Source: Eledone cirrhosa (taxonomy: Eukaryota). From it: a stretch of 64,000 bases of DNA. Below the pieces are notes generated by a model that did not search any database, was not told the DNA's origin, and saw only the letters and a list, made by a program, of their open reading frames with translations. The first letter of the stretch is position 1. Each line of letters starts with the position of its first letter. Both the position numbers and the translations under genes were made by a program. This document shows positions 28,093 through 41,416 of this stretch, piece by piece. The stretch lies in assembly GCA_964016885.1 (NCBI GenBank), contig CAXHJY010000279.1:1-64000 (forward strand). Reading direction: 5' to 3'.

Positions 28093-28201
28093 TAGATTGA
28101 GTTAGAAACTTAAAATAGTCTTTTACAATTAAATAGCTCAAAGAAAGAAATATTTCTGAACCGTGTAACATAATATATATATATATGGTGGTGGTGGTGG
28201 G

Positions 28202-28243
<42 letters not shown>

Positions 28244-28597
28244 CATCATCATCACTGTTTAACATATATATATATCATCATGACCATTTAACACATATAT
28301 ATATATGCATGTATATATCATCATCATCACCATTTAACAAATCATCATCATCATTTTACGTCCGTTCTTTCAGAGTCAGGTTCAATCATTGCATCGATCG
28401 TGCCTTGAGCTGATCTCCAGAGAAACGATTGTAATATGTCCAATAAATCTTATTCGTAGCACCACTGATTCTCCGTTCCTGAAAATAAATAATGGAAATA
28501 TAGTCACTGTTTTTATGAAGACAAGAGTGACAACGGAAGTAAAAAAAATTTGCATAAAATTAGCAGTTGAAAAGTGCAAACAAATATCGTCCGCACC

Positions 28598-28648
<51 letters not shown>

Positions 28649-28930
28649 CATATATATACATACATATATGGGTTATATCAAATAATAATATTTGATTCAT
28701 TTGCGAGCTAACGGCCCCACTTATGCTACGCTTTGTTGTTGATGTCTATCGTCATCTGTTTGTTCAACAGTAGCATTGATTCTACTGTTGAGTGGATTGA
28801 AGTAGAACAGAATGAAATGAAGTACCTTGCTCAAGGACACAGGCCACTGCTTGTATGGCCCCAAAACTGAACCCACGATTTACGATACTAACTACCAACC
28901 CCTCGCTCCCACACATCCTATCACCTAGAC

Positions 28931-29740
28931 CAGAGGTTCTCATAATGGGTGCTACCACCCCGTGGGAGGCGTTGAGAAGGTCCTGGGGGGAACTGGGGCC
29001 TAAGGGACTGGTGGGGTGTCGGTGGAGATGATGTAATAGTACAGTGAAATTCCGTTATAACAAAATTCATGTGGTATAAAAAAGAATTTGTTGTAACAGA
29101 AAATTTTTTATAATGATATCGACCGAAAAAAGCAAGCATTTGTTTTTACCTCAGGGATTGAACAAAATTTTGTTATACTGAAAGATTTCTCATAATGGTA
29201 TTCGTTATAACAGAATTTTACCTGTATATTAAATATCAAATGATACATATTGTATATTAATGCAGTAAAATAAAAAATATATAATATTTATTTGGCAGTA
29301 TCGGTAGAGGGTCAGACGCCATGCTTTCCAGAATAGTTACGTCCCTTTATGATCTGAGTTCAAATCCCGCCGAGGTTGACTTTGCCTTTCGTCCTTACGG
29401 GGTCAATAAAATAAAGTACCAGTAATGAACTGGGTAATTGCTGGCCTTGTGCCTAAAGTAGAAACAATTATTTATTATAGTTTCTACTTTTGGCACAAGG
29501 CCAGCAATTACCCCAGTACATTACTGGTACTTTATTTTATCGACCTCTGTATGGATGAAAGGCAAAGTTAACCTCGGCGGGATTAACTTTTATTATATAT
29601 AAATTAATGCTTTTATTTATTATATATTGTTTACAATTTGCATGTAGGCAGGTTTCCTTAGAAATAGGAGTGGAGGAGGGCGTTGAGGGTATTTTGTGGC
29701 TGTGAGGGGGTCAGTGGCCAAAAATGTTTGAGAACCTCTG
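28931..29740. mobile_element. Non-autonomous hAT (Charlie-like) DNA transposon
   Basis: 12-bp TIRs cagaggttctca/tgagaacctctg; 8-bp TSD ACCTAGAC at 28923-28930 and 29741-29748. Confidence 0.9.
29042..29224. mobile_element. Tc1/pogo (Tigger-like) MITE nested in the hAT element
   Basis: TA-cagtgaaattccgttataac...gttataacagaattttacctg-TA. Confidence 0.75.
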
Positions 29741-29817
29741 ACCTAGACTATGTACTTTTATCTAGAAACTTCTAAGGAATCTCTTTTATTTCTTCATTTC
29801 CTCGTTTATTATAACAG

Positions 29818-29995
29818 ATGGTTTCGTCGAAGTTAACGAACCGATGAAGAACATCACTGCCTACAAAGGTGATGTTGTCCGACTGGAATGTGAGATCACA
29901 GGTAAACCTGTGCCGAAATATAACTGGACAAAAGATGACCAGCCATTGCCACGTGACTCCAGGTATCGCGTTCGCGAAACCTTCTACGGCTCCAG
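29818..29995 (+). CDS. Ror: ROR exon: Ig domain first part (DGFVEVNEPMKNITAYKGDVVRLECEITGKPVPKYNWTKDDQPLPRDSRYRVRETFYGSR)
   Basis: AG/GTAAGA boundaries, 178 nt, phase 1-2; EPMxNIT...C.I.G.P.P...W.K...YGSRL resembles the ROR1/2 Ig domain. Confidence 0.92.
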
Positions 29996-31229
29996 GTAAG
30001 AATAATAATTGTTTCTACATTTGGCACAAGGCCAACAATTATCCCAGTGTATTACTGGTACTTTTTTTATCGACCCCCGTAAGGATGAAAGGCAAAGTTA
30101 ACCTCAGCGGGATTTGAACTCAGACCGTAAAGGGACGTAACTATGCTAGAAAGCATGGCATCCAACCCTCTACCGATACTGCCAATTCACCGCCCTTCTG
30201 GTAATAATGATAATGGTTTCTGATTTACGCACAAGGCCAACAATTTGTGGGAGGGGTAAGTTGATTAAATTAACTCCAGTGCATTACTGGTACTTTATTT
30301 TATCAAACCCTGGAGGATGAAAGGCAAAGCTAACCTGAGTGGGATTTAAACTCAGAATATAAAGAGACGTGGACTTATGTACTGTTTATTATAATAAATT
30401 ACCATATTTTGAGCTGTTTTAACTTCTCCACCTACTTCTTTCAAGTTTTTATATTTTTTAAAAACAATGTTTTGATCAGAGACACGCACTGTATTTAAGG
30501 TTGAGTGACACAATTTCGAGTGATTAGCAGCCTTTAGACTCACCTGATCAATGAAACAATTGTTAATACTGCAAATAAAACCCATTTTGTACAGCCGACC
30601 ATGTTATTCTTCACTCTTTAACTAGTATTACTCCAAGATTGACCTGCATGGGAATTCTCGCACACTCGCTACCTAACTAAGGAAACCTCTTGTTGAGTCA
30701 AACAACACCGTACATTAAAACTATCCACAGTACAAAGTACTCACAACCTCTAACTGGATTACCTAAAACGATAACTTGTTGTCCCATATATCGCTTGCAC
30801 TGATTTTAGGTATCTAGTCTTTAATGCGAAGAAATACCAATGAAAATCAGCAGACTACTGATGAAGGACTTTTCCTGTTTCTCGGTCTATTTTTATTCAT
30901 ATGTTCATATTCGCAACAATGCAGCACACCATTTTTCATTTATTCTCTCTATCTCTATATATCTCTCTCTGGATTTTTTCTCTGTCTGATGGTTTAATAT
31001 CTCCCCGTTATTTTTCCTCTGTTCTCTTTTCTTTTTGCTTTCTTCTTTTTCTTTATCTATCTCTCCCTTTCTTTTTCTCCACGTTTCTCTCTCTCTCTCC
31101 ATCTTTTTCCTTACTCTTAACACTATGACTTACTAAAGTAAACAAACCACTATCCTGATGGCCTCCAAAAGCAACGGTCAATTTTTAAAGGGGTACGTCA
31201 ATGTCTATTTATAAAACTGTTATATATTG

Positions 31230-31294
31230 TATTTTGCCTGATGAAGGCATACCATACTGTAACTTGGTATCCTTGAAATATATATAATGAAATA
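31230..31294 (+). ncRNA. Type I hammerhead (family H1), about 140 nt upstream of an Ig exon
   Basis: tattttgc-CTGATGA-aggcatacca..tggtatcctt-GAAA-tatata-TA-atgaaata. Confidence 0.75.
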
Positions 31295-31434
31295 AATATG
31301 GTTTTATAAATATAGTTTCCATTTATTAATATCGTATATATATATATATTATATATATATATTATATATATATATTATATATATATATATATATTATTTC
31401 ATGTGGTTTATATTTCATCTTGTTCAATCTCCAG

Positions 31435-31541
31435 GTTAAAAATAGTCAATGCCGATCCAAGAGATTCGGGATCATACCTGTGTATCGCTTCCAACCGTTT
31501 CGGACTGAAAAACACCACAGGAAGACTTCGCGTCAAAGACG
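31435..31541 (+). CDS. Ror: ROR exon: Ig domain second part (LKIVNADPRDSGSYLCIASNRFGLKNTTGRLRVKD)
   Basis: ctccag acceptor, GTAAAT donor, 107 nt, phase 2-1; DxGxYxC Ig motif. Confidence 0.92.
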
Positions 31542-31559
31542 GTAAATATATATATATTG

Positions 31560-33759
31560 TGTTGGTAGTAGTTGTAGTGGGGTTGGTGGTAGTGGTAGTG
31601 GGGTTAGTAGTAGTTGTAGTGGTAGTGGGGTTAGTAGTAGTGCTAGTGGGGTTGGTAGTAGTGGTAGTGGGGTTGGTAGTAGTTGTAGTGGGGTTGGTGG
31701 TAGTGGTAGTGGGGTTGGTGGTAGTGGTAGTGGGGTTAGTAGTAGTTGTAGTGGTAGTGGGGTTAGTAGTAGTGCTAGTGGGGTTGGTAGTAGTGGTAGT
31801 GGGGTTGGTAGTAGTTGTAGTGGGGTTGGTAGTAGTGGTAGTGGGGTTGGTGGTAGTGGTAGTGGGGTTGGTAGTAGTGGTAGTGGGGTTGGTAGTAGTG
31901 GTAGTGGGGTTGGTGGTAGTGGTAGTGGGGTTAGTAGTAGTTGTAGTGGTAGTGGGGTTAGTAGTAGTGCTAGTGGTAGTGGGGTTGGTAGTAGTGGTAG
32001 TGGGGTTGGTAGTAGTTGTAGTGGGGTTGGTGGTAGTGGGGTTGGTGGTAGTGGTAGTGGGGTTGGTGGTAGTGGTAGTGGGGTTGGTGGTAGTGGTAGT
32101 GGTAGTGGGGTTGGTAGTAGTGGTAGTGGGGTTGGTGGTAGTGGTAGTGGGGTTAGTAGTAGTTGTAGTGGTAGTGGGGTTAGTAGTAGTGCTAGTGGTA
32201 GTGGGGTTGGTAGTAGTGGTAGTGGGGTTGGTGGTAGTGGTAGTGGGGTTGGTGGTAGTGGTAGTGGGGTTGGTGGTAGTGGTAGTGGGGTTGGTAGTAG
32301 TGGTAGTGGTAGTGGGGTTGGTAGTAGTGGTAGTGGGGTTGGTGGTAGTGGTAGTGGGGTTGGTGGTAGTGGTAGTGGGGTTGGTAGTAGTTGTAGTGGG
32401 GTTGGTAGTAGTTGTAGTGGGGTTGGTAGTAGTTGTAGTGGGGTTGGTGGTAGTGGTAGTGGGGTTGGTGGTAGTGGTAGTGGGGTTGGTAGTAGTGGTA
32501 GTGGTAGTGGGGTTGGTAGTAGTGGTAGTGGGGTTGGTGGTAGTGGTAGTGGGGTTGGTGGTAGTGGTAGTGGGGTTGGTGGTAGTGGTAGTGGGGTTGG
32601 TAGTAGTGGTAGTGGGGTTGGTGGTAGTGGTAGTGGGGTTGGTGGTAGTGGTAGTGGGGTTGGTAGTAGTGGTAGTGGGGTTGGTAGTAGTTGTAGTGGG
32701 GTTGGTGGTAGTGGTAGTGGGGTTGGTAGTAGTTGTAATGGTAGTGGGAGTAGTGCTAGTGGTAGTGGGGTTGGTGGTAGTGGTAGTGGGGTTGGTGGTA
32801 GTGGTAGTGGGGTTGGTGGTAGTGGTAGTGGGGTTGGTAGTAGTGGTAGTGGGGTTGGTAGTAGTTGTAGTGGGGTTGGTGGTAGTGGTAGTGGGGTTGG
32901 TGGTAGTGGTAGTGGGGTTGGTAGTAGTTGTAATGGTAGTGGGAGTAGTGCTAGTGGTAGTGGGGTTGGTGGTAGTGGTAGTGGGGTTGGTGGTAGTGGT
33001 AGTGGGGTTGGTAGTAGTTGTAGTGGTAGTGGGGTTGGTAGTAGTGGTAGTGGGGTTGGTGGTAGTGGTGGTGGTACTGGGGTTGGTGGTAGTCGTGGTG
33101 GGGTTGGTAGTAGTGGTGGTGGGGTTGGTGATAGTGGTAGTGGTAGTGGGGTTGGTAGTAGTGGATTTGGTGGTAGTGGTAGTGGTAATGGGTTGGTAGT
33201 AGTGGTAGTGGGGTTGGTAGTAGTGGTAGTGGGGTTGGTAGTAGTGGTAGTGGGTTTGGTAGTAGTGGTAGTGGTAGTGGGGTTGGTGGTAGTGGGGTTG
33301 GTAGTTGTGGTAGTGGGGTTGGTAGTAGTGGTAGTGGTGGGGGTTACTGGTGGTAGAAGTAGTGGTGGCGGCAATAATAGTGGTGGTGGTGGTGGTAGTA
33401 GCAATGGTAGTGTTAGTGGTGGGGGTTACTGGTGGTAGTAGTGGTAGAAGTAGTGGTGGTGGTGGTAGTGGTAGAAGTAGTGGTGGTGGTAGTAGTAATG
33501 GTAGTAGTGGTAGTGTTAGTTGTGGGGGTTACTGGTAGTGGTAGTGGTAGAAGTAGTGGTGGTGATAGTAGTGTGGGTAGTAGTAGTAGTAGTAGTGGTA
33601 GTGATAATGGTAATAGTATTAGTAGTAACATTGTCACCATCATTATTATCGTCATCATCATCATCAGTCATCAGAGGTCATCATCACCGTTATCATTATC
33701 ATCAGTCATCATCACCATCATCATCATCATCATCAGTCATCATCATCATCATCATCATT

Positions 33760-33791
<32 letters not shown>

Positions 33792-33860
33792 CATCATTAT
33801 CATCATCACCATCATCATCATCATCAACGTCACTATCATCATCATCATCATCATCATTGC
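31560..33860. repeat. 21-bp G-rich minisatellite (gtggggttggtRgtagtggta) decaying into (GTA)n and then (CAT)n
   Basis: Direct reading; fills almost the whole intron 31542-33885. Confidence 0.97.
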
Positions 33861-33885
33861 TAATTCTCACATTTCTTCTTTCCAG

Positions 33886-33921
33886 AGTATTCTACCAAAA
33901 AAATGACCGATCGTATCCCAG
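33886..33921 (+). CDS. Ror: ROR linker micro-exon (EYSTKKMTDRIP)
   Basis: tttcttctttccag acceptor, GTAAAT donor, 36 nt, phase 1-1, open frame. Confidence 0.65.
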
Positions 33922-34117
33922 GTAAATAAACAATTTCATTCAACTTTTAATGAATTCCAGAATAAATTCCAATATATAGAATATATATTTAATGGTTCGG
34001 AGCCCCTAGCTGGTATCTGAGAGATGCGGGGTTCAATTCCTTATAGCAGCTAATGACGATGTCGTGTTCTCTCTTATTGTTCTCAAAATTAATATCAAAA
34101 TCTCAAAGATTCGATAG

Positions 34118-35811
34118 TATGTGAGATAAAGTCTTTACAGTGAAAATACAATAGTATATATAGAGTAATGTAAATGTTATGTGAGATATTATGTGAGGTA
34201 AAGTCTTTACTGTGACAATACAATAGTATATATAGAGTAATGTAAATGTTATGTGAGATATTATGTGAGATAAAGCCTTTACTGTGAAAATACAATAGTA
34301 TATATAGAGTAATGTAAATGTTATGTGAGATATTATGTGTGGTAAAACCTTTACCGTGAAAATACAATAGTATATATAGAGTAATGTAAATGTTATGTGA
34401 GATATTATGTGAGGTAAAGTCTTTACTGTGACAATACAATAGTATATATAGAGTAATGTAAATGTTATGTGAGATATTATGTGAGATAAAGCCTTTACTG
34501 TGAAAATACAATAGTATATATAGAGTAATGTAAATGTTATGTGAGATATTATGTGAGGTAAAGTCTTTACTGTGACAATACAATAGTATATATAGAGTAA
34601 TGTAAATGTTATGTGAGATATTATGTGAGATAAAGCCTTTACTGTGAAAATACAATAGTATATATAGAGTAATGTAAATGTTATGTGAGATATTATGTGT
34701 GGTAAAACCTTTACCGTGAAAATACAATAGTATATATAGAGTAATGTAAATGTTATGTGAGATATTATGTGAGGTAAAGTCTTTACTGTGAAAATACAAT
34801 AGTATATATAGAGTAATGTAAATGTTATGTGAGATATTATGTGAGGTAAAGTCTTTACTGTGAAAATACAATAGTATATATAGTGTAATGTAAATGTTAT
34901 GTGAGATATTATGTGAGGTAAAGTCTTTACTGTGACAATACAATAGTATATATAGAGTAATGTAAATGTTATGTGAGATATTATGTGAGGTAAAGCCTTT
35001 ACTGTGAAAATACAATAGTATATATAGAGTAATGTAAATGGTATGTGAGATATTATGTGAGGTAAAGTCTTTACTGTGAAAATACAATAGTATATATAGA
35101 GTAATGTAAATGTTATGTGAGATATTATGTGAGGTAAAGTCTTTACTGTGACAATACAATAGTATATATAGAGTAATGTAAATGTTATGTGAGATATTAT
35201 GTGAGATAAAGCCTTTACTGTGAAAATACAATAGTATATATAGAGTAATGTAAATGTTATGTGAGATATTATGTGAGATAAAGCCTTTACTGTGAAAATA
35301 CAATAGTATATATAGAGTAATGTAAATGTTATGTGAGATAAAGCCTTTACTGTGAAAATACAATAGTATATATAGAGTAATGTAAATGTTATGTGAGATA
35401 TTATGTGAGATAAAGTCTTTACTGTGACAATACAATAGTATATATAGAGTAATGTAAATGTTATGTGAGATATTATGTGAGATAACGCCCTTTACTGTGA
35501 AAATACAATAGTATATATAGAGTAATGTAAATGTTATGTGAGATATTATGTGAGGTAAAGTCTTTACAGTGAAAATACAATAGTATATATAGAGTAATGT
35601 AAATGTTATGTGAGATATTATGTGAGATAAAGCCTTTACTGTGAAAATACAATAGTATATATAGAGTAATGTAAATGTTATGTGAGATATTATGTGAGAT
35701 AAAGTCTTTACTGTGAAAATACAATAGTATATATAGAGTAATGTAAATGTTATGTGAGATATTATGTGAGATAAAGTCTTTACTGTGACAATACAATAGT
35801 ATATATAGAGT
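34118..35811. repeat. 72-bp tandem satellite, about 23.5 copies (left of the Tx1 insertion)
   Basis: Unit tactgtgaaaatacaatagtatatatagagtaatgtaaatgttatgtgagatattatgtgagataaagtctt; high identity between copies. Confidence 0.97.
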
Positions 35812-36049
35812 GGTTTCTTTATTTGCCACTAGGGCACAAAAGGTAGGGACAGATACAAGAGGGGAAGTTTACATATAATTAACGAGTACAAAAATATAAC
35901 AATGAAATAACAACAACAAACGAAGTCCTCAATAGGGAGGGGGCATTAACATGGGTCGCACACACCCCGGAAAAAATGTGCAACCCTTCTCCTCAGGAGC
36001 ACAAAGAGTAGGTGCTTCCCTCGTCTCCTCTTTTTCCTCTTCTTTCACC

Positions 36050-39000
36050 TACAGGCTGATATAGAGAGAAGACCCATTCACTCTGGCCATTCTCCCTACT
36101 TTCACCCACCTTTCATAAAACTTGCTGGGGTAGAGCACCTCTCTCTCCATTCTGATCCTTCTTTTAAAATGGTATTTGAAAAAGGGGACCAGTTGTTGGC
36201 CGGAGAGAAAGGTGTCCACCATACAACTTCTTTAGCCATGGCTATCACACAGAGAAAAACCGCCTCTCCTTCGTTTTTGAAAGGGGGAGGCGGTTTGATC
36301 GTGACAATGGACTCGGTGGTCAACCGGATTGGTCCCACCCTCGACAGTAGTCGTTCCACATAGCCCCACAGGTCAGCAATGCCTGGGCAGTGTACGAATG
36401 CGTGCGCAACGGTTTCGTCATCATGCACGCATCTCGGACAGATCTTATTCAAAGGATCTCTACCCAGGCTCCCATGCCTGTGGAGCTTGTCTCGAACGGG
36501 TAGAGCCCCTCGGTAGCACTGCCAAGCCAGGGACTTTTGGAAGTTGTCCATCGGTCCAGGGCCAAACGTCCTACCGTACAGACTGGCCAGTTCATCTTCC
36601 TCCATGCCTAGAGCTTCCCCGAGAGCATCGTCGCACCTGCTGCGTACCAACCCTCTATAGAATGTCGAGGTGGAGTCTCCACTGATTGCCGGGTCCGCTT
36701 TCCAGAGGGCCGTGAGCGCCTGGGCACATTCAATGTGCCAGTCGCCCACTTTTCTCGGTCTTTGCTTGACCCAGGTTTGCAGCTCGGTGAGCGAGACGAG
36801 TCTGGGAAAGGCTCGCCTCACAAACGGGGCCCACACCGGTTGACTGGTGAGGAATACCTGGAGGTGCCGTAGCCTTAATGCGTGTTTACGCATCTGTAGC
36901 CACGGCATCCCCAGCCCTCCTTTCGAAGGGTGTTGACAGCAGATGGATCTCCTCACCAAAGGGGTCCGCTTGTTCCAAAGAAATTGGAACAGCGCGCACT
37001 CCATTTTGGCGAGTCTTTTCACTGGGCAAGGCACGACGGTCAAGCGGTAGTAGATGACGGATGCTATATAAGTATTCGCCACCTCCGCTCGACCTTTCAG
37101 GGATAGTTTGCACTGGGCCCACTTCTGGGTGAGTGCAAACACCCTGGCCGTTACCTCGTTCCAGTTTTTTTCCACCTGGAGGTCTGGTCCGAACCAGACC
37201 CCAAGCAGCTTCACCGGGCCCTACGTCCAGCGTCCGACGACGTCGTTGGAGGGCATCGGTTTGCCTCTCCATGTTCCGAGTTGCAAACCGACGGACTTGT
37301 CCCGGTTCAGCTTGGCTCCTGTAAACCTTTCATATTCCTCCAGTAAGGTGCCGATCTCACCGATTTGCAAGGTTTTCGACACCATTACTGTCACGTCATC
37401 GGCGTAGGCCGACGCCGCTTTCTGCAATCCCGGTTCCAAAGGGATGCCCTGCAACCGCTCCAACTTCCGCAGTAGTGGCTCAAGAGCCAGCACATACAGT
37501 AGGGAGGAGAGAGGGCATCCCTGTCGGATGGATCGCATGATTTGGAACGGCTCCGAGAGGTGGCCGTTCACCTTGACCCTTGAGCAGACGTTGCTGCTGT
37601 GCATCGCAGCAATCCAACCCCTGAAAACGGGTCCGAAGCCTGCCGCCGCGAGCACCGCATCCAGGTAACGATGGTCAGCCCTATCGAAAGCTTTAGATTG
37701 ATCCAAGTTGATCAGGGCCCCACCAAAGCCGGGTTCATTCCCTACCCTCTCTATGATGTATCGCATAAGGTGGAGATTGTCGTGAATGAACCTGGACGGG
37801 ATTGCGCATGTCTGCGCTTCTCCCACCAGGTTTCCAACAACAAGCGCCAACCTCTTCGCTAACACCTTGGCCAAAATCTTTAACTCTGTATTTAGCAGAG
37901 TTATGGGCCTGAAGTTACTTATGTCATCCCCGTTGTTCTCATCCTTCCTCACCAGCGTAACTACGCCCTTGGTCACAGAACTGGGAATTCTCCCGTTCTG
38001 CTGCCAGTTGCAGTAGACCGCTTCGAGGATATCGGAGAACAAGTCCGGCATCGCTACATATAACTCGTATGGTAGACCATCGAGACCCGGGGATTTGCGT
38101 TTGCTGCATTGGCTCAGCGCCGCCCCTATCTCAGCAGCTGAAATCGTCCTTTCGCAGGACTTCGCCTCCGCGTCCGAGAGGCGCGGCAGACCATCGAGGT
38201 ATGGATTGAAATCCATAGTCTCACCCGGCGCGCCGCCCCTCTCGAACAGTCGTGCAAAGTGCCTCTGAAAGGCCGCACACATCTGCCCAGGTTCAAGGAT
38301 CACACGCCCATCCTGGTCCTTCAAAGACCGAATCGTGGACTTGTTCCCACTTTTTGCCTCTGTCACTCGGGCCCAGCTCACAACTTTGGCTCCCTCATTA
38401 CCCAGAGCACGTATTTTACTCCTGACAACGCAGCCTTCATGCTTCACCTCAAAGAACTGGTCTAAGGCCATTCTTGATGCCAGCACGCCGGCTACATTGC
38501 CACTCCTAATCGCCTCTTCTACTCTATCTACTAATTCCCTTTCCGTCTTGTTCCTATCCCTTGCTAATTCCTGACTAAAACCTATCGATTCTATTCTAAT
38601 TGCTCTCTTAAGAGAGCTCCACTACCTGTGTTGACAATTGCCCCTGTCAAACTCTGCTTAACTAACGTGGTAATCCGTTTACTGTAAGCTTTGCTTCTCG
38701 GTAAGGACAAGTTCAGCTTCCAGTAACCGGGTCCCTGTCTATGGGTTCTATCAAGGTTGGCTATGCAGGTCACTAACTTGTGATCCGAATAGTCAACCAG
38801 GAACATTTTTGGACAGCTAAATGTGTCCCTATCCTTCTCTCTAACTAGGACCCTATCTAGGTACGACCTAGATGTTCCACTGCGATTGGTCCACGTCCAT
38901 AGTGGTACAGTCGGAAAATCTAGTCGATATCTATCGGCCAGGTCAAATCGGCCGATTAACTTTTTGAGGCTTTTACACCCCCCTCTATTGGCACATGCCC

Positions 39001-39459
39001 CTACATAGTCCCAACGTGCATCCAGGATACCATTCCAATCCCCCACTAAAAGCAAGGAGTGGGACGTTCCCAGAAAAGTTTCCAGACGTTGGAAGTATTC
39101 CGCCGCGCTGCCCAAAAAGGGGCGTACACAGCTATTAGTCTAAGGGCTCCACTTTCACAACTGCCGACGTCTAAAACCACCAGTCGACCCTCCGGGTCCA
39201 GGTGCACCTTCTGTATGGCGAGGCCCAGGTGTTTTCGCAGCAGAACGACAACTCCACCCCCACCCCCCGGTTGACAGAGAGATGCGAAGATCTCAAAGTC
39301 GTCGAAGAGGGGCGCCAGTTGGTGCTCGCTGCTGATCCTGGACTCGCAAATAGCCATTACATCCATTCTATGCGACCTGAGATCGTTTAAAAGTTTGCCT
39401 TGTTTCCAAGACAGTCCCAGGCCACGTACATTCAGACACCCAACTCTTATATCAGCCAT
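36050..39459 (-). pseudogene. Tx1-like ORF2 (APE endonuclease, reverse transcriptase, Zn finger), disrupted
   Basis: Colinear ORF pieces 39046..39459, 38591..39115, 37221..38486 and 36102..37214; in-frame TAG at 37221-37223. Confidence 0.9.
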
Positions 39460-39480
39460 GTTGGTTAAAAGAGGAAGGAC

Positions 39481-41300
39481 CTACCTGTTCGGCTCCTGAG
39501 GAGCAGGTTGCACAATATCCATGGGCGTATTGGAGGGGTTGTTTGGTGGGGTGTTGTTCTGTGGTGGAGTGGGGGTGTTTGGTGAGATGTGGGTGGGGAA
39601 ACGTTTCAAGAGGACGCGGTTATAGGGTCGAGTACATGTTTTCCCCACGTCCTCAGGAAAGTTCTCTCTTAGTTTTGCATAGGTGTCCATTGGGAGTCTT
39701 ATCATTTTTAAATGCGGTTTGTTGGCCGCGCTTGCAAAGAATTGTCCTTCAGTTTCCACCGAAGGGTCTTTGTGTATTGTTTTTACTAGTTCTTTGTTAT
39801 TTGTGTTAATGTATGTATACTGTTTTATTTGTGTTGTGTTTGTTTGTTGTTCTTGTGTGTGCTTACGTTTTGTTGTATGTGTTATGTTTTGGGGTGGGGC
39901 GGATTTTGTTTGTTCTGTTTGTTTTGTTTTTGTTGGTGGTTGTGTGTTTGTTTCGTTTATGTTCGAGTGGTGCTTTCTTTTTTTCCTTTTTACAGGTTGG
40001 AAGGGTTCCCCCTCTTCGTCACTAGGTGCCGTTTCAGCTGGGTCCTCGTCCGTGCTGTCGGGTAGTGGTGTATTTTGGGGTTTTGTTGTATTTGTGTGTG
40101 TTTTGGGAGTTGTTTTGGGTGGGGCCGTGTCTTATGTTATTTTTCCCTGTTGTTTTTGTTGTGGTGGTGGTGGTGGAGGTGGTGGTGGTGGTGGTGGTGG
40201 TGTGTGGGGTGTAGGCAAAAGAGCCTTTTTTTTGTCAATTGAGGACAAGCAGCCCTTAGATGACCCCTGCTTGAACAGTAGTAACATATGGGCCTCCTAC
40301 CCTCGGCTGAAATGTATATAAATGTTTCTCCATCGAGGGACACCCTCTGTGGTATTCTAGCTATTCGTTCTGGTCTCATTTGGACCAGAACCTCCACGCT
40401 CAAACCGCCGAAAACGTCTGTGGTGACTTCTCCTACTGAGAGGATTCCGTCCTCGTCTTCTAAAAATCCTGTTAGTACCCAGGAAATGCATGCATTTGGC
40501 CGGATTCCGGAGACCCTTATTTTCTGCGTTCTTTTCCCTAAATATGTGGGGAAAAATGTATGTAGCTTGGAAACAATTGGCGCCACAGAGTATTTCCTGG
40601 CCGTCAATTGATCCTTCATTAGGACCGTTATATTCCCATAGAGTGGCCCTTTTTGTATGAACGATATATCACTCCACACATTTTTTAGGACCAGCTCAAT
40701 CTCTTTTTGGGATAATTGAGCTGGTTTCCTTGTTATGTTTGAAATTGTTCTGAAAGATATCGTTCTTAGCGTCGTGTCTCTTTTGATTTCTTGTGGGGAG
40801 GTGATTGTGAAGTCTCCTCCTTCTTTGAAAGTTACATACTGTTTCGCTTCCTTCATCTTTTCTCTCAGAGTTGTAATGTCCAGCTGCTTGCAGGTTTGTG
40901 TTTTCCGGACCGCCTGTGCAAAGGAGGCACCAGTAGTGGGTTCGCTTTGTTTGGTGTTATCGTTATTTTTTCCTTGGTTGGTGTTGTGACTATTGCTGTT
41001 ATTGTCGTTCTTGTTTTTGTCTGCGTTTATGTGACTTTCTGGGTTTTCACCCATTTTTACAAATTTTTCTTTTAATTCCGTGTTCCATGTTTCTTTTGCA
41101 GAAGTGAGGAGGGAAGACTTAGAGCCTTGTGCTTCTAGCTTCTCTGTATCACCTTTCTTAGGGGGCGTGGCTTTCACGTTAGGATGAGATGTGAAAATTC
41201 CGTCCATTTCTATTAGTTTGCCGTAATAAGTTTTTAACTGGAAAATTCGCCCCAAAAAGGGGCGAAAATAAATAAACTCAAAGTTTGACGACCAAGGCAA
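39481..41300 (-). pseudogene. Tx1-like ORF1 (gag-like, zinc knuckle), frameshifted at a T-run near 40230
   Basis: ORFs 40137..41300 and 39481..39759; CX2CX4HX4C motif. Confidence 0.8.
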
Positions 41301-41416
41301 GGGGTTAACGTATATTACAGTATAAAAAATTAATCAAAACTCACTTTTGAGTAAGTAAATCAGACTCGGTAGCCGAGCTTGTTCACACACGTCAACACAC
41401 GTCTCTCGTATACGAG

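Larger units (their letters stand above)
35812..41416 (-). mobile_element. Near full-length Tx1-like (L1 group) non-LTR retrotransposon, degenerate
   Basis: ORF1 about 41300-39481 with a CCHC knuckle (CYYCSSRGHLRAAC). ORF2 from 39459: APE endonuclease (LNVRGL, VGDWN, YLDR, SDH), RT (KSPGLDG, FRPITLLN, DQSKAFD, RQGCPLS, YADD), C-terminal CPRC...HAFVHC. Several frameshifts/stops. Confidence 0.93.

Noticed and set aside
31403-33404. 598-aa poly-Val and 623-aa Pro/Leu/Thr ORFs
   Set aside because: 21-bp minisatellite artefacts; only 31435-31541 is a real exon
34095-35829. 24-aa repeat protein ORF or CRISPR-like array
   Set aside because: Head-to-tail 72-bp satellite with no unique spacers and no cas genes, in a eukaryotic intron; the ORF reflects a stop-free unit divisible by three
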